This document shows, piece after piece, positions 8,471 to 20,037 of a stretch of DNA of 64,000 nucleotides. The stretch's first letter is position 1; each line of letters begins with the position of its first letter. A program made the position numbers and the translations under genes. The stretch comes from an uncultured bacterium (GTDB lineage: Bacteria > Actinomycetota > Acidimicrobiia > Spongiisociales > UBA5794), in the NCBI GenBank assembly GCA_963801165.1, contig CAWDDT010000004.1, positions 768,001-832,000 on the forward strand, written 5' to 3'. The notes beneath the pieces are model-generated. The model had not been told where the DNA came from, made no database searches, and saw only the letters and a program-made list of their open reading frames with translations.

Positions 8471-10645
8471 TCAGTTCCGCCACAACGAATACTCGAGGTT
8501 CATCCTGGGCGGGTTCGGGACGCTCTCGAGATTGCCCGTTCCACCGATCTGATAGCACGTGTATTCGAACATCCAGGGGTCGGCGGCGGAGCACTCGATA
8601 CGGTTGGCCGTCGCGTTCTTCTCGAACGTGAGGTGGAACCCCGGTTCTACAAACTGGCGGACGGCAAGCGGATCGGAAGGGTCCACCAGCCCGTTGGCAT
8701 ACGCATCGGTGTAGTACTCCCCGGTGCCGAGGGCGTGATCGGCGTCAAACTCGAAGTCGGAGCGCCAACTCGCCATCAGCAGCGTGCGCTGGGTGGCGTC
8801 GTCGCTTCTCGGATCGCGGACCACAACTGAGTTGCAAGTCATGTTGACGCAAAAGGACATCGGGTTTCTGATGTCGAAGCCATGGTCGAACTGAACCATG
8901 CCCAGATTCAGCACCTGCGGGGTCTCGGCGCGGCTGTCCCAGGACTCGTAGTTGTTCGATTCGGCGCCGACGTTGATCCGTCGCCGCTGCAGATCGTCGA
9001 CCTGACCGAGCAGCGTCGGCATCGAGTACCCGCAATCGGTTGGGGTCAACACCTCTCCTCCGGAGTCGCCGGTGGCCACCGCCGCTCCGTAGTTGGTCTT
9101 GAAGCCGACTCCGAATTTCTCATTCCCGCTCAGGTCGTAAACGAATACATAGAGCGTGTGGAACTGTGCGCACACCCGGCGACTCGACGACGTGCCGGAG
9201 TGGATGACAAAACGTACCCAGTTCTGGCCGGTGAGATCTTTGAAGATGAACTCTTTGAAACCGGCATCGGGCTCGCTCTGGGGCACGTTTGATGCGACGT
9301 ATCCGTATGGCACAAGCGGTGTTCCCGGGATCAGCGCCGGGTTCGAGCCGTGGTCGTGACCGAAGTAGCACCAATACACCGGGTCGATCTGCGGGTGCCA
9401 GGTGTCGTACTGGGCGCCGTCGGGACCTGCGGTGGTGTAGAGATTGTGGACCCACGCCGGGCACGGAGTATTCGGCTCGGCGGGGCTGAATCCCTCAGGG
9501 GCTGGGGGAACGGGGGTCGGCGAGCTGTCGCTTTCGGCAAGCATGATCAGGTACATCTGGCGCCACTCGGTCGAGTATTCGACGCTGCCCAGGGACACCG
9601 GGCCCGCCGGGAAGCTCTTCTCGTACACCTGGTTGAGGCGACCGTCGATGACGACCGTGCCACCCACATCCCAGCCGGCGAGCCAGGACGGAGCGGGCGA
9701 GTCATCACGCCACGCCACGGCTACCCGGGCGGGGCGGTTCAAGGTGAAGTTCATCCAACCGTTGCGCGGGCCGAGGTTCTTGAACTCCCAATCGGTCGAG
9801 GGTGACAGAACGTCCCACCCCCCATACCTTCCCGGGCTGTCGACATACGTTTGGTAGTCGGGGTTGGGCTCGATATCGAGGCGCTTTCCCATTGCCCGTG
9901 GCCAGTACTTCATGTTCCTGACGTATACGGTGTCGACACCGTCCTCTTTCCGGATGACGTGGTAGCGGGCGACGAGGGCGCGATCCTGATCGGAAACCGT
10001 GAAACCGGCAGCGGCAGTGACCGGTAGATCGAGCGCACGCGTGAGGAAGGTGGCCATCTCGGCCCGGGTCAGCCCGGTGTTGGGGCAGAAGTTCGTGTTG
10101 TCGGGCGGGTTGCATCCCCTGGTGATTCCGGCGGTGGCCAGCTTGTTTATTTCCGCTTGGAACACCGAGCCGTCGTCATCGGCGAAGTCGATCGCGGGAT
10201 CAGTTGCGATCAGATGGAGCGCGCGCACCAGAAACGCGGCCATTTGCCCACGGGTGACGGTGGCATCCGGGCAGAACTTGGTGTTGTCGGGCGGGTTGCA
10301 TCCCCTCGTGATCCCGGCGGCGGCCAGCCGTTCGATGTCCGCCTCGAAGATCGAGTCGTTGTCGTCGGTGAAATCGGTGCTGCCGGAGGCGTTGAGGCCG
10401 AGACCACGCACCAAGAAGGCGGCCATCTCTCCCCGGGTGACTAACCGGTCGGGGCAATAGTCGGTCGCATAAGGCGGGTTGCATCCCGCGGTGATCCCGG
10501 CATTCGATACGGCCTCGATGGCGGCTTCGTGGACGCTGCCGTCGTCATCGTGGAACCCCTGACCCGCCCGGGCAGGCGGCGCCGCGTAGATGGCCAGAAA
10601 CATCGCAAACGACAAAAGCGCGGCTGCGCCCCGGGACAGGTTCAT
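8471..10645 (-). CDS. secreted protein: 3 SLH-like repeats + uncharacterised His/Cys-rich domain
   Basis: ATG 10645 with GAGGGG RBS and signal peptide; N-terminal SLH triad; 'WHPQIDPVYWCYFGHDHGSNP' motif. Confidence 0.75.
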   Translation of the reverse strand: MNLSRGAAALLSFAMFLAIYAAPPARAGQGFHDDDGSVHEAAIEAVSNAGITAGCNPPYATDYCPDRLVTRGEMAAFLVRGLGLNASGSTDFTDDNDSIFEADIERLAAAGITRGCNPPDNTKFCPDATVTRGQMAAFLVRALHLIATDPAIDFADDDGSVFQAEINKLATAGITRGCNPPDNTNFCPNTGLTRAEMATFLTRALDLPVTAAAGFTVSDQDRALVARYHVIRKEDGVDTVYVRNMKYWPRAMGKRLDIEPNPDYQTYVDSPGRYGGWDVLSPSTDWEFKNLGPRNGWMNFTLNRPARVAVAWRDDSPAPSWLAGWDVGGTVVIDGRLNQVYEKSFPAGPVSLGSVEYSTEWRQMYLIMLAESDSSPTPVPPAPEGFSPAEPNTPCPAWVHNLYTTAGPDGAQYDTWHPQIDPVYWCYFGHDHGSNPALIPGTPLVPYGYVASNVPQSEPDAGFKEFIFKDLTGQNWVRFVIHSGTSSSRRVCAQFHTLYVFVYDLSGNEKFGVGFKTNYGAAVATGDSGGEVLTPTDCGYSMPTLLGQVDDLQRRRINVGAESNNYESWDSRAETPQVLNLGMVQFDHGFDIRNPMSFCVNMTCNSVVVRDPRSDDATQRTLLMASWRSDFEFDADHALGTGEYYTDAYANGLVDPSDPLAVRQFVEPGFHLTFEKNATANRIECSAADPWMFEYTCYQIGGTGNLESVPNPPRMNLEYSLWRN

Positions 10646-10751
10646 ATTGCATTCCCCTCGCTCGACTCCAGCTGTACCCCACGCAGCGAGGCCCTCAGCC
10701 CGGCGAGACCGTGGGTGCGAGTGTATGCAGCCCGGCGCGACTACTGGCAAC

Positions 10752-10853
10752 GTTTTCTAAGGCTCAGTTTTCTAAGGCTCAGTTTTCTATGGCTCAGTTT
10801 CTATGGCTCAGTTTCGATGGCTCAGTTTCGATGGCTCAGTTTTCCATCGCTCA
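10752..10853. repeat. 14/15-bp tandem repeat x7 (GTTT(T)CTAAGGCTCA, drifting along the array)
   Basis: units gttttctaaggctca x2, gttttctatggctca, gtttctatggctca, gtttcgatggctca x2, gttttccatcgctca; the last unit contains the TGA stop of 10851..11558. Confidence 0.9.
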
Positions 10854-11558
10854 ACCGTTCCAGCTCGCCGCCCGGCTTCGCAGCAGAACGATGATGGCAG
10901 CGGCGATGTCCTCGAGCGCAACCTGCCCGGTGTTCCACACGGCGTCGTAGAGGAGCGGGTTGTCGATATCGACCCGGAAGTGGCGTCTCAACAGCCGGGC
11001 TCTACCGGAGTCGTGCCGGTCAATCGCCGAGAGCGCCTCCTTCTCGTTGAGACCGTACAGCTGCATCATCCGCTCGATGCGATGCTCCTCGGCGGCGATC
11101 AAACGCACCGACACCGATGGTCCGAGACCCCTGGTGACCTCCGATCCTGCCCTGCCGACGATCACGGACCTGCCGACCTCGGCGATGGCACGGACGAGCC
11201 GGAACATGCGATCCATGACGATGTCTTGATGAGTAGTTGAGGCAATCAGCTGTCTGAAGAAATCTTCCGTTGACTTGCGGTATTCCTCCCCCAACAGCGA
11301 TTCCACCGATACGCGTAGATCCGGATCGTCCGCCACCATCGCCACCAGCTTCTGATCGAAGACCTCCCACTCGCCGAACAGATCTTTGTCCGGCTGGTCG
11401 TCCAGTTCCTTCACGAGCAAGTTGGCCAGTGTGTGGCCGCCCGCGCCCGCCTGTCTCGAGATCGTGACAAAGGGGCGCAGCTGCGGTTGTTTCGACGCGG
11501 TGGAGACGTCATACATGTGGCCATGAAGGAACTTCTCAATCGGATTGGCGGGACTCAT
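10851..11558 (-). CDS. cytidylate kinase-like family protein
   Basis: 'VTISRQAGAGG', 'VIVGRAG', 'VRLIA....RIER' and 'DNPLLYDAVWNT'. Confidence 0.85.
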   Translation of the reverse strand: MSPANPIEKFLHGHMYDVSTASKQPQLRPFVTISRQAGAGGHTLANLLVKELDDQPDKDLFGEWEVFDQKLVAMVADDPDLRVSVESLLGEEYRKSTEDFFRQLIASTTHQDIVMDRMFRLVRAIAEVGRSVIVGRAGSEVTRGLGPSVSVRLIAAEEHRIERMMQLYGLNEKEALSAIDRHDSGRARLLRRHFRVDIDNPLLYDAVWNTGQVALEDIAAAIIVLLRSRAASWNG

Positions 11559-11844
11559 CTGGCGGCTCCTGTCTATCCGTCACTCGGCCTTTCTCGATCA
11601 TACGCTCTATGCAAATCGTCCCGCCAGAGGAGACAGTCCCGGTCGGGCACATCCATCGGAGACACAACACTACCCGCATGTCAGGTCGCCATGGCAGAAT
11701 TTACTAAGTATTCGCATATTCGCAATTTCCGGCTTTAGTGTGGTCGGAAACCGTCTATGGTCCTGGCTTCAAAAGATCCGGGGTCGTGGTGACCACGCCG
11801 CGGCGTATCGGTGAGCAGATGGCGGGATGACAAGGAAGGCAGAC

Positions 11845-14800
11845 ATGGCGAACCATGAGTCGTCGCAGACGCAGGGCTTGTACGACCCTGCGGCGGGACA
11901 CGATGCCTGCGGCATCGGTTTCGTTGCGGACATCAAGGGTCGCAAGAGCCACAAGATCATCGAGCAGGGCTTGACGGTGTTGGCCAATCTCACCCACCGC
12001 GGTGCGGTCGGCGCCGACCCCCTGGCCGGTGACGGCACGGGGATGCTCCTGCAGATTCCGGACCGTTTCTTTCGTGAGGAGATGGCCGCTGCGGGGGTCG
12101 AGCTGCCACCCGCCGGTGAGTACGGGGTCGGGATGGTCTTCCTCCCCAGAGACCCGGTCGACAGGGTCATCGCGGAGAACATGGTTGTCGAGACGGTCGT
12201 CCGCGAAGGCCAGCTCGTCCTCGGTTGGCGAGACGTTCCTGTCGACTCCTCGTGTCTCGGCGAGAGCGTCAAGCCTATAGAGCCTGTCATCCGCCAGGTG
12301 TTCATCGGACGCGGCGATACGATCACCGATCCCGACCATTTCGAACGCAAGCTGTTTGTCATCCGCAAGCAGGCTCACATCCATGTCGGCCAGCGGGCTC
12401 CCCACCTCCTCGAGACAGGTGAGTTCTACGTCACGACCATGTCGGCTCGCACCATCACGTACAAGGGGATGATGCTCGCCGCCAACCTGTCCGTCTACTA
12501 CAAGGATCTCAACGACGAGCGGATCGAGTCTGCGCTGGCGCTGATCCACCAGCGGTTCTCCACCAACACCGCACCCTCATGGCGGCTGGCACAGCCGTTC
12601 CGCTACCTGTGTCACAACGGCGAGATCAACACGGTCCAGGGCAACGTCAACTGGATGATGGCCCGGCGCCACAACATGTCGTCCGACATCATCGGTGATG
12701 ACCTCGAGAAGCTGTGGCCGCTCATCGGCGACGGTTCCTCCGACTCCGCCACCTTCGACAACGCATTGGAGTTGCTGCTCGCCGGCGGCTACTCGCTCGG
12801 CCATTCCATGATGTTGATGATCCCCGAAGCGTGGGCGGACAACCCGCTCATGGACGAAGGCCGCAAGGCCTTCTACGAGTACCACGCCGCAGTGATGGAG
12901 CCTTGGGACGGTCCCGCCGCGGTCGCCTTTACCGACGGTAGGCAGATCGGCGCAACCCTCGACCGGAACGGGCTCCGTCCGTCGCGCTACTTCGTCACGG
13001 ACGATGATCTGGTCGTACTCGCATCGGAGATGGGCACCCTCGCCATCCCCGAGGAGAAGATCGTCAAGAAGTGGCGTCTCCAACCGGGCAAGATGCTCCT
13101 GATCGACCTCGAGGAGGGTCGGATCATCGATGACGCCGAGCTGAAGGACTCCCTGTCGGGCGCCAAGCCGTATCGCAGATGGCTCGATGAGACGCAGATA
13201 CACATCGCCGAGTTGCCGCCTGAGGTGGCCGCCATGGGGCCCGACGCCGGGACGTTGCGGCGGGCGCAGAAGGCGTTTGGCTACACCAGGGAGGACATCG
13301 AGTTCTTCATCAAGCCGATGGCAATGGAGGGTAAGGATCCTGTGGGCTCTATGGGGCGGGACATACCCCCGGCGGTGCTGTCAGATCGGCCGAAGATGCT
13401 CTACGACTACTTCAAGGAGCGGTTCGCCCAGGTGACCAACCCGCCGATCGACCCGATCCGCGAGGAAACCGTCATGTCGCTGGTGTCGCTGATCGGGCCC
13501 CGGCCCAACCTCCTCGATCTCAACACCGGTGGCACCCACAAGCGGCTCGAGGTGAGCCATCCCATCCTCAGCAACGTCGACCTCGAGCGCATCCGCCGAA
13601 TCGAAAACCATGTCGAAGGGGCCTTTGCCACCAAGACCCTCGCCATTTGCTACCCGGTCGACGATGGTGCCTCCGGGATGCGGGGTGCCCTCCAGAGGTT
13701 GTGCGAGAAGGCGACCGAGACTGTACGTGCCGGGTACAACATCCTCATCCTGTCGGATCGGTGTCAGGCGGTCGACAAGGTCGCTATGCCTGCCCTGCTG
13801 GCCACCGCGGCGGTGCACCACCACCTGATCCGAGAGGGCTTGCGGACCGAAGTGGGTCTTGTTGTCGAGACCGGTGAGGTCCGCCAGGTGCACGACTTCT
13901 GTCTGCTCGGCGGTTTCGGCGCCGAAGCGATCAACCCGTACCTGGCATTCGACGTGATCGACTCGCTCGGCCCGGAGGCGCTAGGCAAGAGCATCGAGGA
14001 TGCCCGCAACAGCTATATCAAAGCGGTCAACAAGGGCATGCTCAAGGTCATGTCGAAGATGGGAATCTCGACGTTCCAGTCGTACTGCGGGGCCCAGATC
14101 TTCGATGCCATTGGCCTCAACACCGCGTTCATCGACAAGTACTTCACCGGGACGCCGTCGCTCATCGAGGGCATAGGCCTCGACGAGATCGCGGCCGAGA
14201 CGGTGCGCCGTCACGGCAGCGCCTTCGGGGAGAAGACCTTCCGGCGCAGGGAACTCGAGGTCGGGGGCGACCTGGCCTACCGGATCCGGGGCGAGCAGCA
14301 CGTGTGGACCCCTGAGACGATTTCGACCATGCAACATGCGGTGCGGTCGGGTAACTACCAGATGTTCAAGAAGTACACGGCGACCGTCAACGACCAGACG
14401 ACGAAGCTCAAGAACCTGCGCGGTCTGTTCGAGCTCGACTTCCTCGAGGAGCCGATTCCGCTCGATGAGGTCGAGCCGGCGTCGGAGATCGTCAAGCGGT
14501 TCGCCACCGGGGCTATGTCGTTCGGGTCGATCTCCTGGGAGGCGCATACCAACCTGGCGATCGCCATGAACCGGTTGGGAGCGAAGTCGAACACCGGTGA
14601 GGGTGGCGAGGAACCGAGCAGGTTTGTCTCGCTCGACAACGGTGACTCGATGCGTTCAGCGGTCAAGCAGGTCGCCTCGGGACGGTTCGGGGTGACCACC
14701 GAGTACCTGGTCAACGCCGACGACATCCAGATCAAGATGGCACAGGGGGCCAAGCCCGGTGAGGGCGGCCAGCTGCCCGGTCACAAGGTGAACGAGTGGA

Positions 14801-16452
14801 TCGCCAAGGTGCGGCATTCGACACCCGGTGTTGGCCTCATTTCCCCGCCACCTCATCACGACATCTACTCGATCGAGGATCTCAAACAGCTCATCCTCGA
14901 CCTCAAGAACGTCAACCCCTACGCCCGGATCAGCGTCAAGCTGGTGTCGGAGGTCGGGGTGGGGACAATCGCCGCCGGGGTTGCCAAGGCGTACGCCGAT
15001 CACGTGTTGATCTCGGGCAACGACGGTGGCACGGGCGCCTCCCCGCTCACCTCTGTTATGCAGGCGGGATCGCACTGGGAACTCGGCCTCTCCGAGACAC
15101 AACAGACGCTCGTCGCCAATCGCCTGCGTGGGCGGATTGCGGTGCAGACGGATGGTGGTATCCGCACCGGCCGCGACGTCGTGATCGCCGCGCTGCTCGG
15201 CGCCGACGAGGTCGGATTCGGGACGGGTGCCTTGATCGCATCGGGGTGCATCATGATGCGCAAGTGCCACCTGAACACCTGCCCCGTCGGCGTGGCGACC
15301 CAGGATCCCGAGCTGCGCAAGCTCTTCCCCGGCCAGCCAGAGCACGTGGTCAACTTCTTCACCTTCATCGCCGAGGAGGTCCGTGAGATCATGGCCCGGC
15401 TCGGGTTCCGCACATTTGCGGAGATGATCGGCCAGAGCGACCGCATCTCGATGAAGAAGGCAGTTGACCATTGGAAAGCCCGTGGTCTCGATTTCTCCCG
15501 GGTGCTGTACAAGCCGGAGGTGCCTGAGGGTGTCGCCATCAGCAACACCGAGAAGCAGTACCACAACCTCGAGATCGCCCTCGATAACAAGCTCATCGAG
15601 GCGGCGGCTCCTGCCCTCGATCATCAGGAGCGGGTACAGATCGAGATGCCGATCGTCAACACGAATCTGGCTGTGGGCGCAATGCTCTCCGGCGAAGTCG
15701 CCCGCAGGTACGGGCACGGCGGTCTTCCTGACGACACGATCCACGTGGCGCTGAAGGGCACTGCCGGGCAGAGCTTCGGGGCGTGGCTTGCCCACGGAGT
15801 GACTCTCCATTTGGAGGGCGACGCCAATGATTACGTGGGCAAGGGTCTCTCCGGAGGTCGCATCGTCATCGAGGCAGAGCCGGTAGGCCCGACCGTGCCG
15901 GTGGAGAACATCATCATCGGCAATACGGTTCTCTACGGGGCCATTTCCGGTGACTGCTACTTCAACGGTGGTGCCGGGGAGCGGTTTGCGGTCCGCAACT
16001 CGGGGGCGATAGCCGTCGTAGAGCGGGTGGGGGATCACGGGTGCGAGTACATGACGGGTGGGTGTGTCGTCGTCATCGGCAAAGCCGGGCGCAACTTCGG
16101 TGCCGGCATGTCGGGCGGTATCGCCTACGTCATCGACGATGCAGGCGATTTCGAGCAGCGGGTCAACCACGAGATGGTGACAATCTCTCGTATTGGCGAT
16201 GACGACGGGATGCCACCCGGGGTGGGCGATGACCCGACCAGCGAGGAGCTGCTCGCCGATCCGCTCCGCTATGACGTGTGGAGACTGCGGACGCTGATTG
16301 CGCGGCATGCCCGGCTGACCAACAGCTCGCGGGCCGAGGAGATCCTGGGTGACTTCGACGCCTTCCTGGGGCGGTTCTACAAGGTCACACCGAACGAGTT
16401 CCGGCGGGCGCTCGGCGAGCGCATGGCCGCCGCCGCGGTAGGAGGTGCGTGA
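11845..16452 (+). CDS. gltB: glutamate synthase large subunit
   Basis: HDACGIGF N-terminal Cys; [31 protein letters not shown]; [12 protein letters not shown] 3Fe-4S motif; ATG 11845 after AAGGAAGG. Confidence 0.98.
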   Translation: MANHESSQTQGLYDPAAGHDACGIGFVADIKGRKSHKIIEQGLTVLANLTHRGAVGADPLAGDGTGMLLQIPDRFFREEMAAAGVELPPAGEYGVGMVFLPRDPVDRVIAENMVVETVVREGQLVLGWRDVPVDSSCLGESVKPIEPVIRQVFIGRGDTITDPDHFERKLFVIRKQAHIHVGQRAPHLLETGEFYVTTMSARTITYKGMMLAANLSVYYKDLNDERIESALALIHQRFSTNTAPSWRLAQPFRYLCHNGEINTVQGNVNWMMARRHNMSSDIIGDDLEKLWPLIGDGSSDSATFDNALELLLAGGYSLGHSMMLMIPEAWADNPLMDEGRKAFYEYHAAVMEPWDGPAAVAFTDGRQIGATLDRNGLRPSRYFVTDDDLVVLASEMGTLAIPEEKIVKKWRLQPGKMLLIDLEEGRIIDDAELKDSLSGAKPYRRWLDETQIHIAELPPEVAAMGPDAGTLRRAQKAFGYTREDIEFFIKPMAMEGKDPVGSMGRDIPPAVLSDRPKMLYDYFKERFAQVTNPPIDPIREETVMSLVSLIGPRPNLLDLNTGGTHKRLEVSHPILSNVDLERIRRIENHVEGAFATKTLAICYPVDDGASGMRGALQRLCEKATETVRAGYNILILSDRCQAVDKVAMPALLATAAVHHHLIREGLRTEVGLVVETGEVRQVHDFCLLGGFGAEAINPYLAFDVIDSLGPEALGKSIEDARNSYIKAVNKGMLKVMSKMGISTFQSYCGAQIFDAIGLNTAFIDKYFTGTPSLIEGIGLDEIAAETVRRHGSAFGEKTFRRRELEVGGDLAYRIRGEQHVWTPETISTMQHAVRSGNYQMFKKYTATVNDQTTKLKNLRGLFELDFLEEPIPLDEVEPASEIVKRFATGAMSFGSISWEAHTNLAIAMNRLGAKSNTGEGGEEPSRFVSLDNGDSMRSAVKQVASGRFGVTTEYLVNADDIQIKMAQGAKPGEGGQLPGHKVNEWIAKVRHSTPGVGLISPPPHHDIYSIEDLKQLILDLKNVNPYARISVKLVSEVGVGTIAAGVAKAYADHVLISGNDGGTGASPLTSVMQAGSHWELGLSETQQTLVANRLRGRIAVQTDGGIRTGRDVVIAALLGADEVGFGTGALIASGCIMMRKCHLNTCPVGVATQDPELRKLFPGQPEHVVNFFTFIAEEVREIMARLGFRTFAEMIGQSDRISMKKAVDHWKARGLDFSRVLYKPEVPEGVAISNTEKQYHNLEIALDNKLIEAAAPALDHQERVQIEMPIVNTNLAVGAMLSGEVARRYGHGGLPDDTIHVALKGTAGQSFGAWLAHGVTLHLEGDANDYVGKGLSGGRIVIEAEPVGPTVPVENIIIGNTVLYGAISGDCYFNGGAGERFAVRNSGAIAVVERVGDHGCEYMTGGCVVVIGKAGRNFGAGMSGGIAYVIDDAGDFEQRVNHEMVTISRIGDDDGMPPGVGDDPTSEELLADPLRYDVWRLRTLIARHARLTNSSRAEEILGDFDAFLGRFYKVTPNEFRRALGERMAAAAVGGA

Positions 16453-17891
16453 TGGGCTCACCAACCGGTTTCCGCGAGATCGAGCGGCGTGACCGTAGCT
16501 ACCTCCCCGTCGAGCAGCGAAAGCGGAGCTTCAGCGAATTCACCATCCCGCTCACCGACGAGTCCGTGGCCCAGCAAGGTGCCCGGTGCATGGACTGTGG
16601 CATCCCCTTCTGCCATTTCGGGTGTCCCGTCGACAACATCATCCCGGACTGGAACGACCTCGTGTATCGGGACGACTGGCGCGAGGCGATCGACGTGCTG
16701 CACTCGACGAACAACTTCCCCGAGTTCACCGGGCGGATCTGTCCGGCGCCGTGCGAGGAGGCTTGCACCCTCAACCTCGCCGATGCGCCGGTCACAATAA
16801 AGACGATCGAGTACTCGATAATCGAGAAGGCCTGGCAGAACAGGTGGATCGAGCCGCAGATCCCACCCCGCCGCTCGGACAAGAAGGTTGCTGTGGTTGG
16901 CTCGGGACCGTCTGGTCTTGCGGCGGCCCAGCAGCTCGCCAGAGCCGGTCACGAGGTGACGGTGTTCGAGAAGAACGCCAAGATCGGTGGCCTTCTCCGC
17001 TACGGGATCCCCGATTTCAAGCTCAGCAAGGATGTCATCGACCGCCGGCTGTCACAGATGCAGGCCGAGGGTGTTGAGTTCCGGGTCAACAGCCACGTTG
17101 GGGCGAACACCCCGATCGACCGGCTCGTGACCAACTACGACGCGATTGTGCTCGCCGCAGGATGCGAACGGCCTCGTGATCTCGAGGTCCCCGGCAGAGA
17201 GCTCGACGGCGTCCACTTCGCCATGGAGTTCCTCACCCAGCAGAACCGGCGTATCGGTAGGGAGTCCATCGGCAATGTTCCGCCGATCACCGCCGAGGGG
17301 AAGCACGTCATCGTCATCGGTGGCGGTGACACCGGTTCCGATTGCGTCGGGACCTCCACGCGCCAGGGAGCCGCATCGGTGACACAGCTCGAGCTGCTCC
17401 CGAAGCCACCCGAGGTTCCCGACAAGCTTCTCACATGGCCGGATTGGCCGCAGAAGCTGCGGACCTCGTCTTCACACGAAGAGGGTTGCGAACGCCTGTG
17501 GTCCGTGTCGACCAAGGCCTTGATCGGGACGGACGGCAAGGTAGCGCGACTGCTGGGCGTTGTGGTCGAGTGGGACCAGGTCGACGGCCGGTGGCAGATG
17601 AGTGAGGTTTCCGGGAGCGAATTCGAGCTCCAGGCGGACCTGGTGCTGCTGGCGATGGGGTTTGTCAGCCCGGTCCATGACGGTTTGGTCGAGCAGCTAG
17701 CCATCGCGACCGATCAGCGTGGCAATGTCGCTGCTGATACGGGTGACTTTGCGACCACCGTGTCAGGGGTCTTCGCAGCTGGCGACATGCGCCGAGGGCA
17801 GTCACTGGTTGTGTGGGCGATAAAGGAAGGACGCCAGTGCGCTCGTGCCGTCGACCAGTTTCTGATGGGGCACAGCGATTTGCCCCGCTGA
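16452..17891 (+). CDS. gltD: glutamate synthase small subunit
   Basis: [37 protein letters not shown]; TGATG overlap with gltB. Confidence 0.97.
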   Translation: MGSPTGFREIERRDRSYLPVEQRKRSFSEFTIPLTDESVAQQGARCMDCGIPFCHFGCPVDNIIPDWNDLVYRDDWREAIDVLHSTNNFPEFTGRICPAPCEEACTLNLADAPVTIKTIEYSIIEKAWQNRWIEPQIPPRRSDKKVAVVGSGPSGLAAAQQLARAGHEVTVFEKNAKIGGLLRYGIPDFKLSKDVIDRRLSQMQAEGVEFRVNSHVGANTPIDRLVTNYDAIVLAAGCERPRDLEVPGRELDGVHFAMEFLTQQNRRIGRESIGNVPPITAEGKHVIVIGGGDTGSDCVGTSTRQGAASVTQLELLPKPPEVPDKLLTWPDWPQKLRTSSSHEEGCERLWSVSTKALIGTDGKVARLLGVVVEWDQVDGRWQMSEVSGSEFELQADLVLLAMGFVSPVHDGLVEQLAIATDQRGNVAADTGDFATTVSGVFAAGDMRRGQSLVVWAIKEGRQCARAVDQFLMGHSDLPR

Positions 17892-17945
17892 CGTCATCCC
17901 GCTGTCTGCAGCCGACTTGAATGGCGGCCCAGGCGAAGGAGCGAT

Positions 17946-18350
17946 ATGGGCAAACTGCTGTTCAGATTTTTCAGCCGAATCAACGTCGCGCTTTACAAGG
18001 TGACCGGCGGGCGGATGATGGGGGACCTGATAATCGTGAGACACAAGGGTGCTCGATCAGGCAAGGTCCGGGAGACCCCGCTGCGCGGGTTTCGCGATGG
18101 CAATGACTACATGATCGTGGCATCGGCGAACGGTAACCCGAAGAGCCCGGGCTGGTACTACAACCTGATGGCCAATCCGGAGACCGTGATCAACGACTCA
18201 GGGACCGAGGTCGCCGTGGTGGCTCGGGACGCCGGAACGCGCCGAGACGAGCTGTGGGCCAGGGTCGTTGCCGAAGCGCCCCGGTTCAAGGGGTACGAAA
18301 CGAAAACGGAACGGGTGATCCCGATCGTGTTGCTCACGCCTCGGGGCTGA
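17946..18350 (+). CDS. deazaflavin (F420)-dependent nitroreductase family protein (Ddn-like)
   Basis: 'GARSGKVRETPL', 'VASANG..KSPGWYYNLMANP', 'Y..KTERVIPIVLL'. Confidence 0.9.
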   Translation: MGKLLFRFFSRINVALYKVTGGRMMGDLIIVRHKGARSGKVRETPLRGFRDGNDYMIVASANGNPKSPGWYYNLMANPETVINDSGTEVAVVARDAGTRRDELWARVVAEAPRFKGYETKTERVIPIVLLTPRG

Positions 18351-19133
18351 TCAGAGGCTCGCTGCCAGCGCCGCTACCTGGTTCGAGGCGTTCCCGATCA
18401 CCGGCTCGCCGTGCCCGAACACGACGGTGTCGTAGCTGAAGTCGGCCAGCTTCTTGATCGACTCGACGGCTATCACCATGTCTGCGGTGAATTGCGGATT
18501 GGCCCCCGCCGGCACGCCGTCGCCGCCGGTCATGGCATCGCCGGCGACCAGGAGACCGGAGCGCTCGTCGAGCACGGATATGTGCCCGGGGGTGTGCCCC
18601 GGTGTGTCGATGATGGTTAGGTCGAACACGGTGTCCCCGTCGCCTACCCCAACCAGCTCGCGGGGAGAGGAAATGCCGGCGATGTCGTTGGACCCGGCGT
18701 AGCCCGTGGCCGCGGCGGCGAGATCCATGACCGCGGGGAGGCTTCCCTGGTGGTCGGCGTGAAGGTGGGTGACGATGACGTTGCTCACGTCGTCCCATCG
18801 GAGGTCGAGGGTCGCGAGGCTGGCTTCGATGGCTCCTTCGCTGTCGGCAACGCCCGTGTCGACAATGGTGGCCTCGCCGCGCCGGGCCAACACGTATGCG
18901 GACACAAAACCGAGGTTGACGCGCTCCCAGGTCACTCCACCTGTAGTCGTGTTGCCGGAGATGGTGCTCGGACCGGTTGGTGCCGGCTGGTCGGGATTAC
19001 CGGATGTCTGGGAGGTGCGTTCGGGGTCGCTACTGCTACAAGACATTGCAGTCACGGCGAAGATGGCGACCGCAAGACCTCCTTTCCCCAGGTCGAGCAT
19101 GAACGTCCTGCGCGTCGATCGTCTGTCCACCAT
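18351..19133 (-). CDS. Tat-exported (lipo)protein, MBL-fold metallo-hydrolase
   Basis: TRRTFM twin-arginine signal; THLHADH, PGHTPGH, GDA, FGHG; ATG 19133 after GAGGAGG. Confidence 0.85.
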   Translation of the reverse strand: MVDRRSTRRTFMLDLGKGGLAVAIFAVTAMSCSSSDPERTSQTSGNPDQPAPTGPSTISGNTTTGGVTWERVNLGFVSAYVLARRGEATIVDTGVADSEGAIEASLATLDLRWDDVSNVIVTHLHADHQGSLPAVMDLAAAATGYAGSNDIAGISSPRELVGVGDGDTVFDLTIIDTPGHTPGHISVLDERSGLLVAGDAMTGGDGVPAGANPQFTADMVIAVESIKKLADFSYDTVVFGHGEPVIGNASNQVAALAASL

Positions 19134-19235
19134 GCGGATCCTCCTCGCACCAAGAGTACCCGTCGGGTCCCGGCAGGGGGACGAATCGGCGAACCAGCTG
19201 CACGGGTTCCGAGCCCACCACAAGAAAGCGGAGGC

Positions 19236-19919
19236 TCAGTTATCGCCGGATCCGCCGACCGCGTGCGGCTGTGGCCGTGTCGGATGCTGCCCGCGCTTCG
19301 GCCGCGTGATGTGCGGCCGGGTCAGGGGCCCACCGGCTACGGTGATCGCGTTGCGGATGTCGACTGCAATAACGTCCTGGCGATTACCTTCTACCGACAG
19401 GTTGCGCCCCGACTCGGGATACGACGGGAAGAGGCTGATGGCGCCAAACGGATATTCGTAGCCCTTCACCTTGTATGCCGAGCCGACAGGTATCGCCGGA
19501 GCGCCGAACCTGCGCTCGGCTATGGCGTTTATGGCGCGGATGGCGGTGTTGCCCATGAGGAGGATCGACCTGACGTTGGGAAGTGCGTCGATCTCGGCTT
19601 CGAGAAGGTGCGAGCAGGCCTCAACGGTCTCTTGTTTCACACCAAAGCCGATCTTCGGGCACTTGACCGCGGTGGTGACGTAGACTCCGAGGCTGTTGAT
19701 GTCGTCCAGCGATGAAACGTTGTAGCCCGCCGACCGGAAGGCGGCGATCGTGTCCTGGTGCGACACTGGTGGCGTGTCCGCTCGCGTCGGCGAGGGGGCA
19801 GCACGGACCATTACGACGCGTATGCGGTCGGGGTCGCCCGGAAGGTGCGCAGAGACGGGTCCGACATGACGTACGTCCGTGCACATCATGGCGCAACCGG
19901 GGAGATCACCATTCGGCAT
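19236..19919 (-). CDS. uracil-DNA glycosylase superfamily protein (divergent)
   Basis: 'GVYVTTAVKCPK...C...LEAEI..LPNVRSILLMGNTAI' and 'LFPSY'; ATG 19919 after GGAGG. Confidence 0.7.
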   Translation of the reverse strand: MPNGDLPGCAMMCTDVRHVGPVSAHLPGDPDRIRVVMVRAAPSPTRADTPPVSHQDTIAAFRSAGYNVSSLDDINSLGVYVTTAVKCPKIGFGVKQETVEACSHLLEAEIDALPNVRSILLMGNTAIRAINAIAERRFGAPAIPVGSAYKVKGYEYPFGAISLFPSYPESGRNLSVEGNRQDVIAVDIRNAITVAGGPLTRPHITRPKRGQHPTRPQPHAVGGSGDN

Positions 19920-20037
19920 GTTCACCTCCGCTCGATGAGGCGACCACCTTCCTACCTTAGGTAATAGCATGCCTGGTGTTTCGAGTTTTGCCAAGGGGTA
20001 ATACGGCAGAAATCGAGAAAACGCGCTCAACCGGATA

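Noticed and set aside
10650-10745. Known riboswitch in the leader of the 10645 SLH gene
   Set aside because: A CCTCGCT/AGCGAGG stem could mask the RBS, but I see no consensus of c-di-AMP or any other known class.
14656-16464. Long antisense ORFs (also 7024..8040, 21271..22665, 22770..23906, 47747..49006, 62610..63578)
   Set aside because: Shadow ORFs typical of high-GC codon bias opposite well-supported genes; no recognisable motifs.
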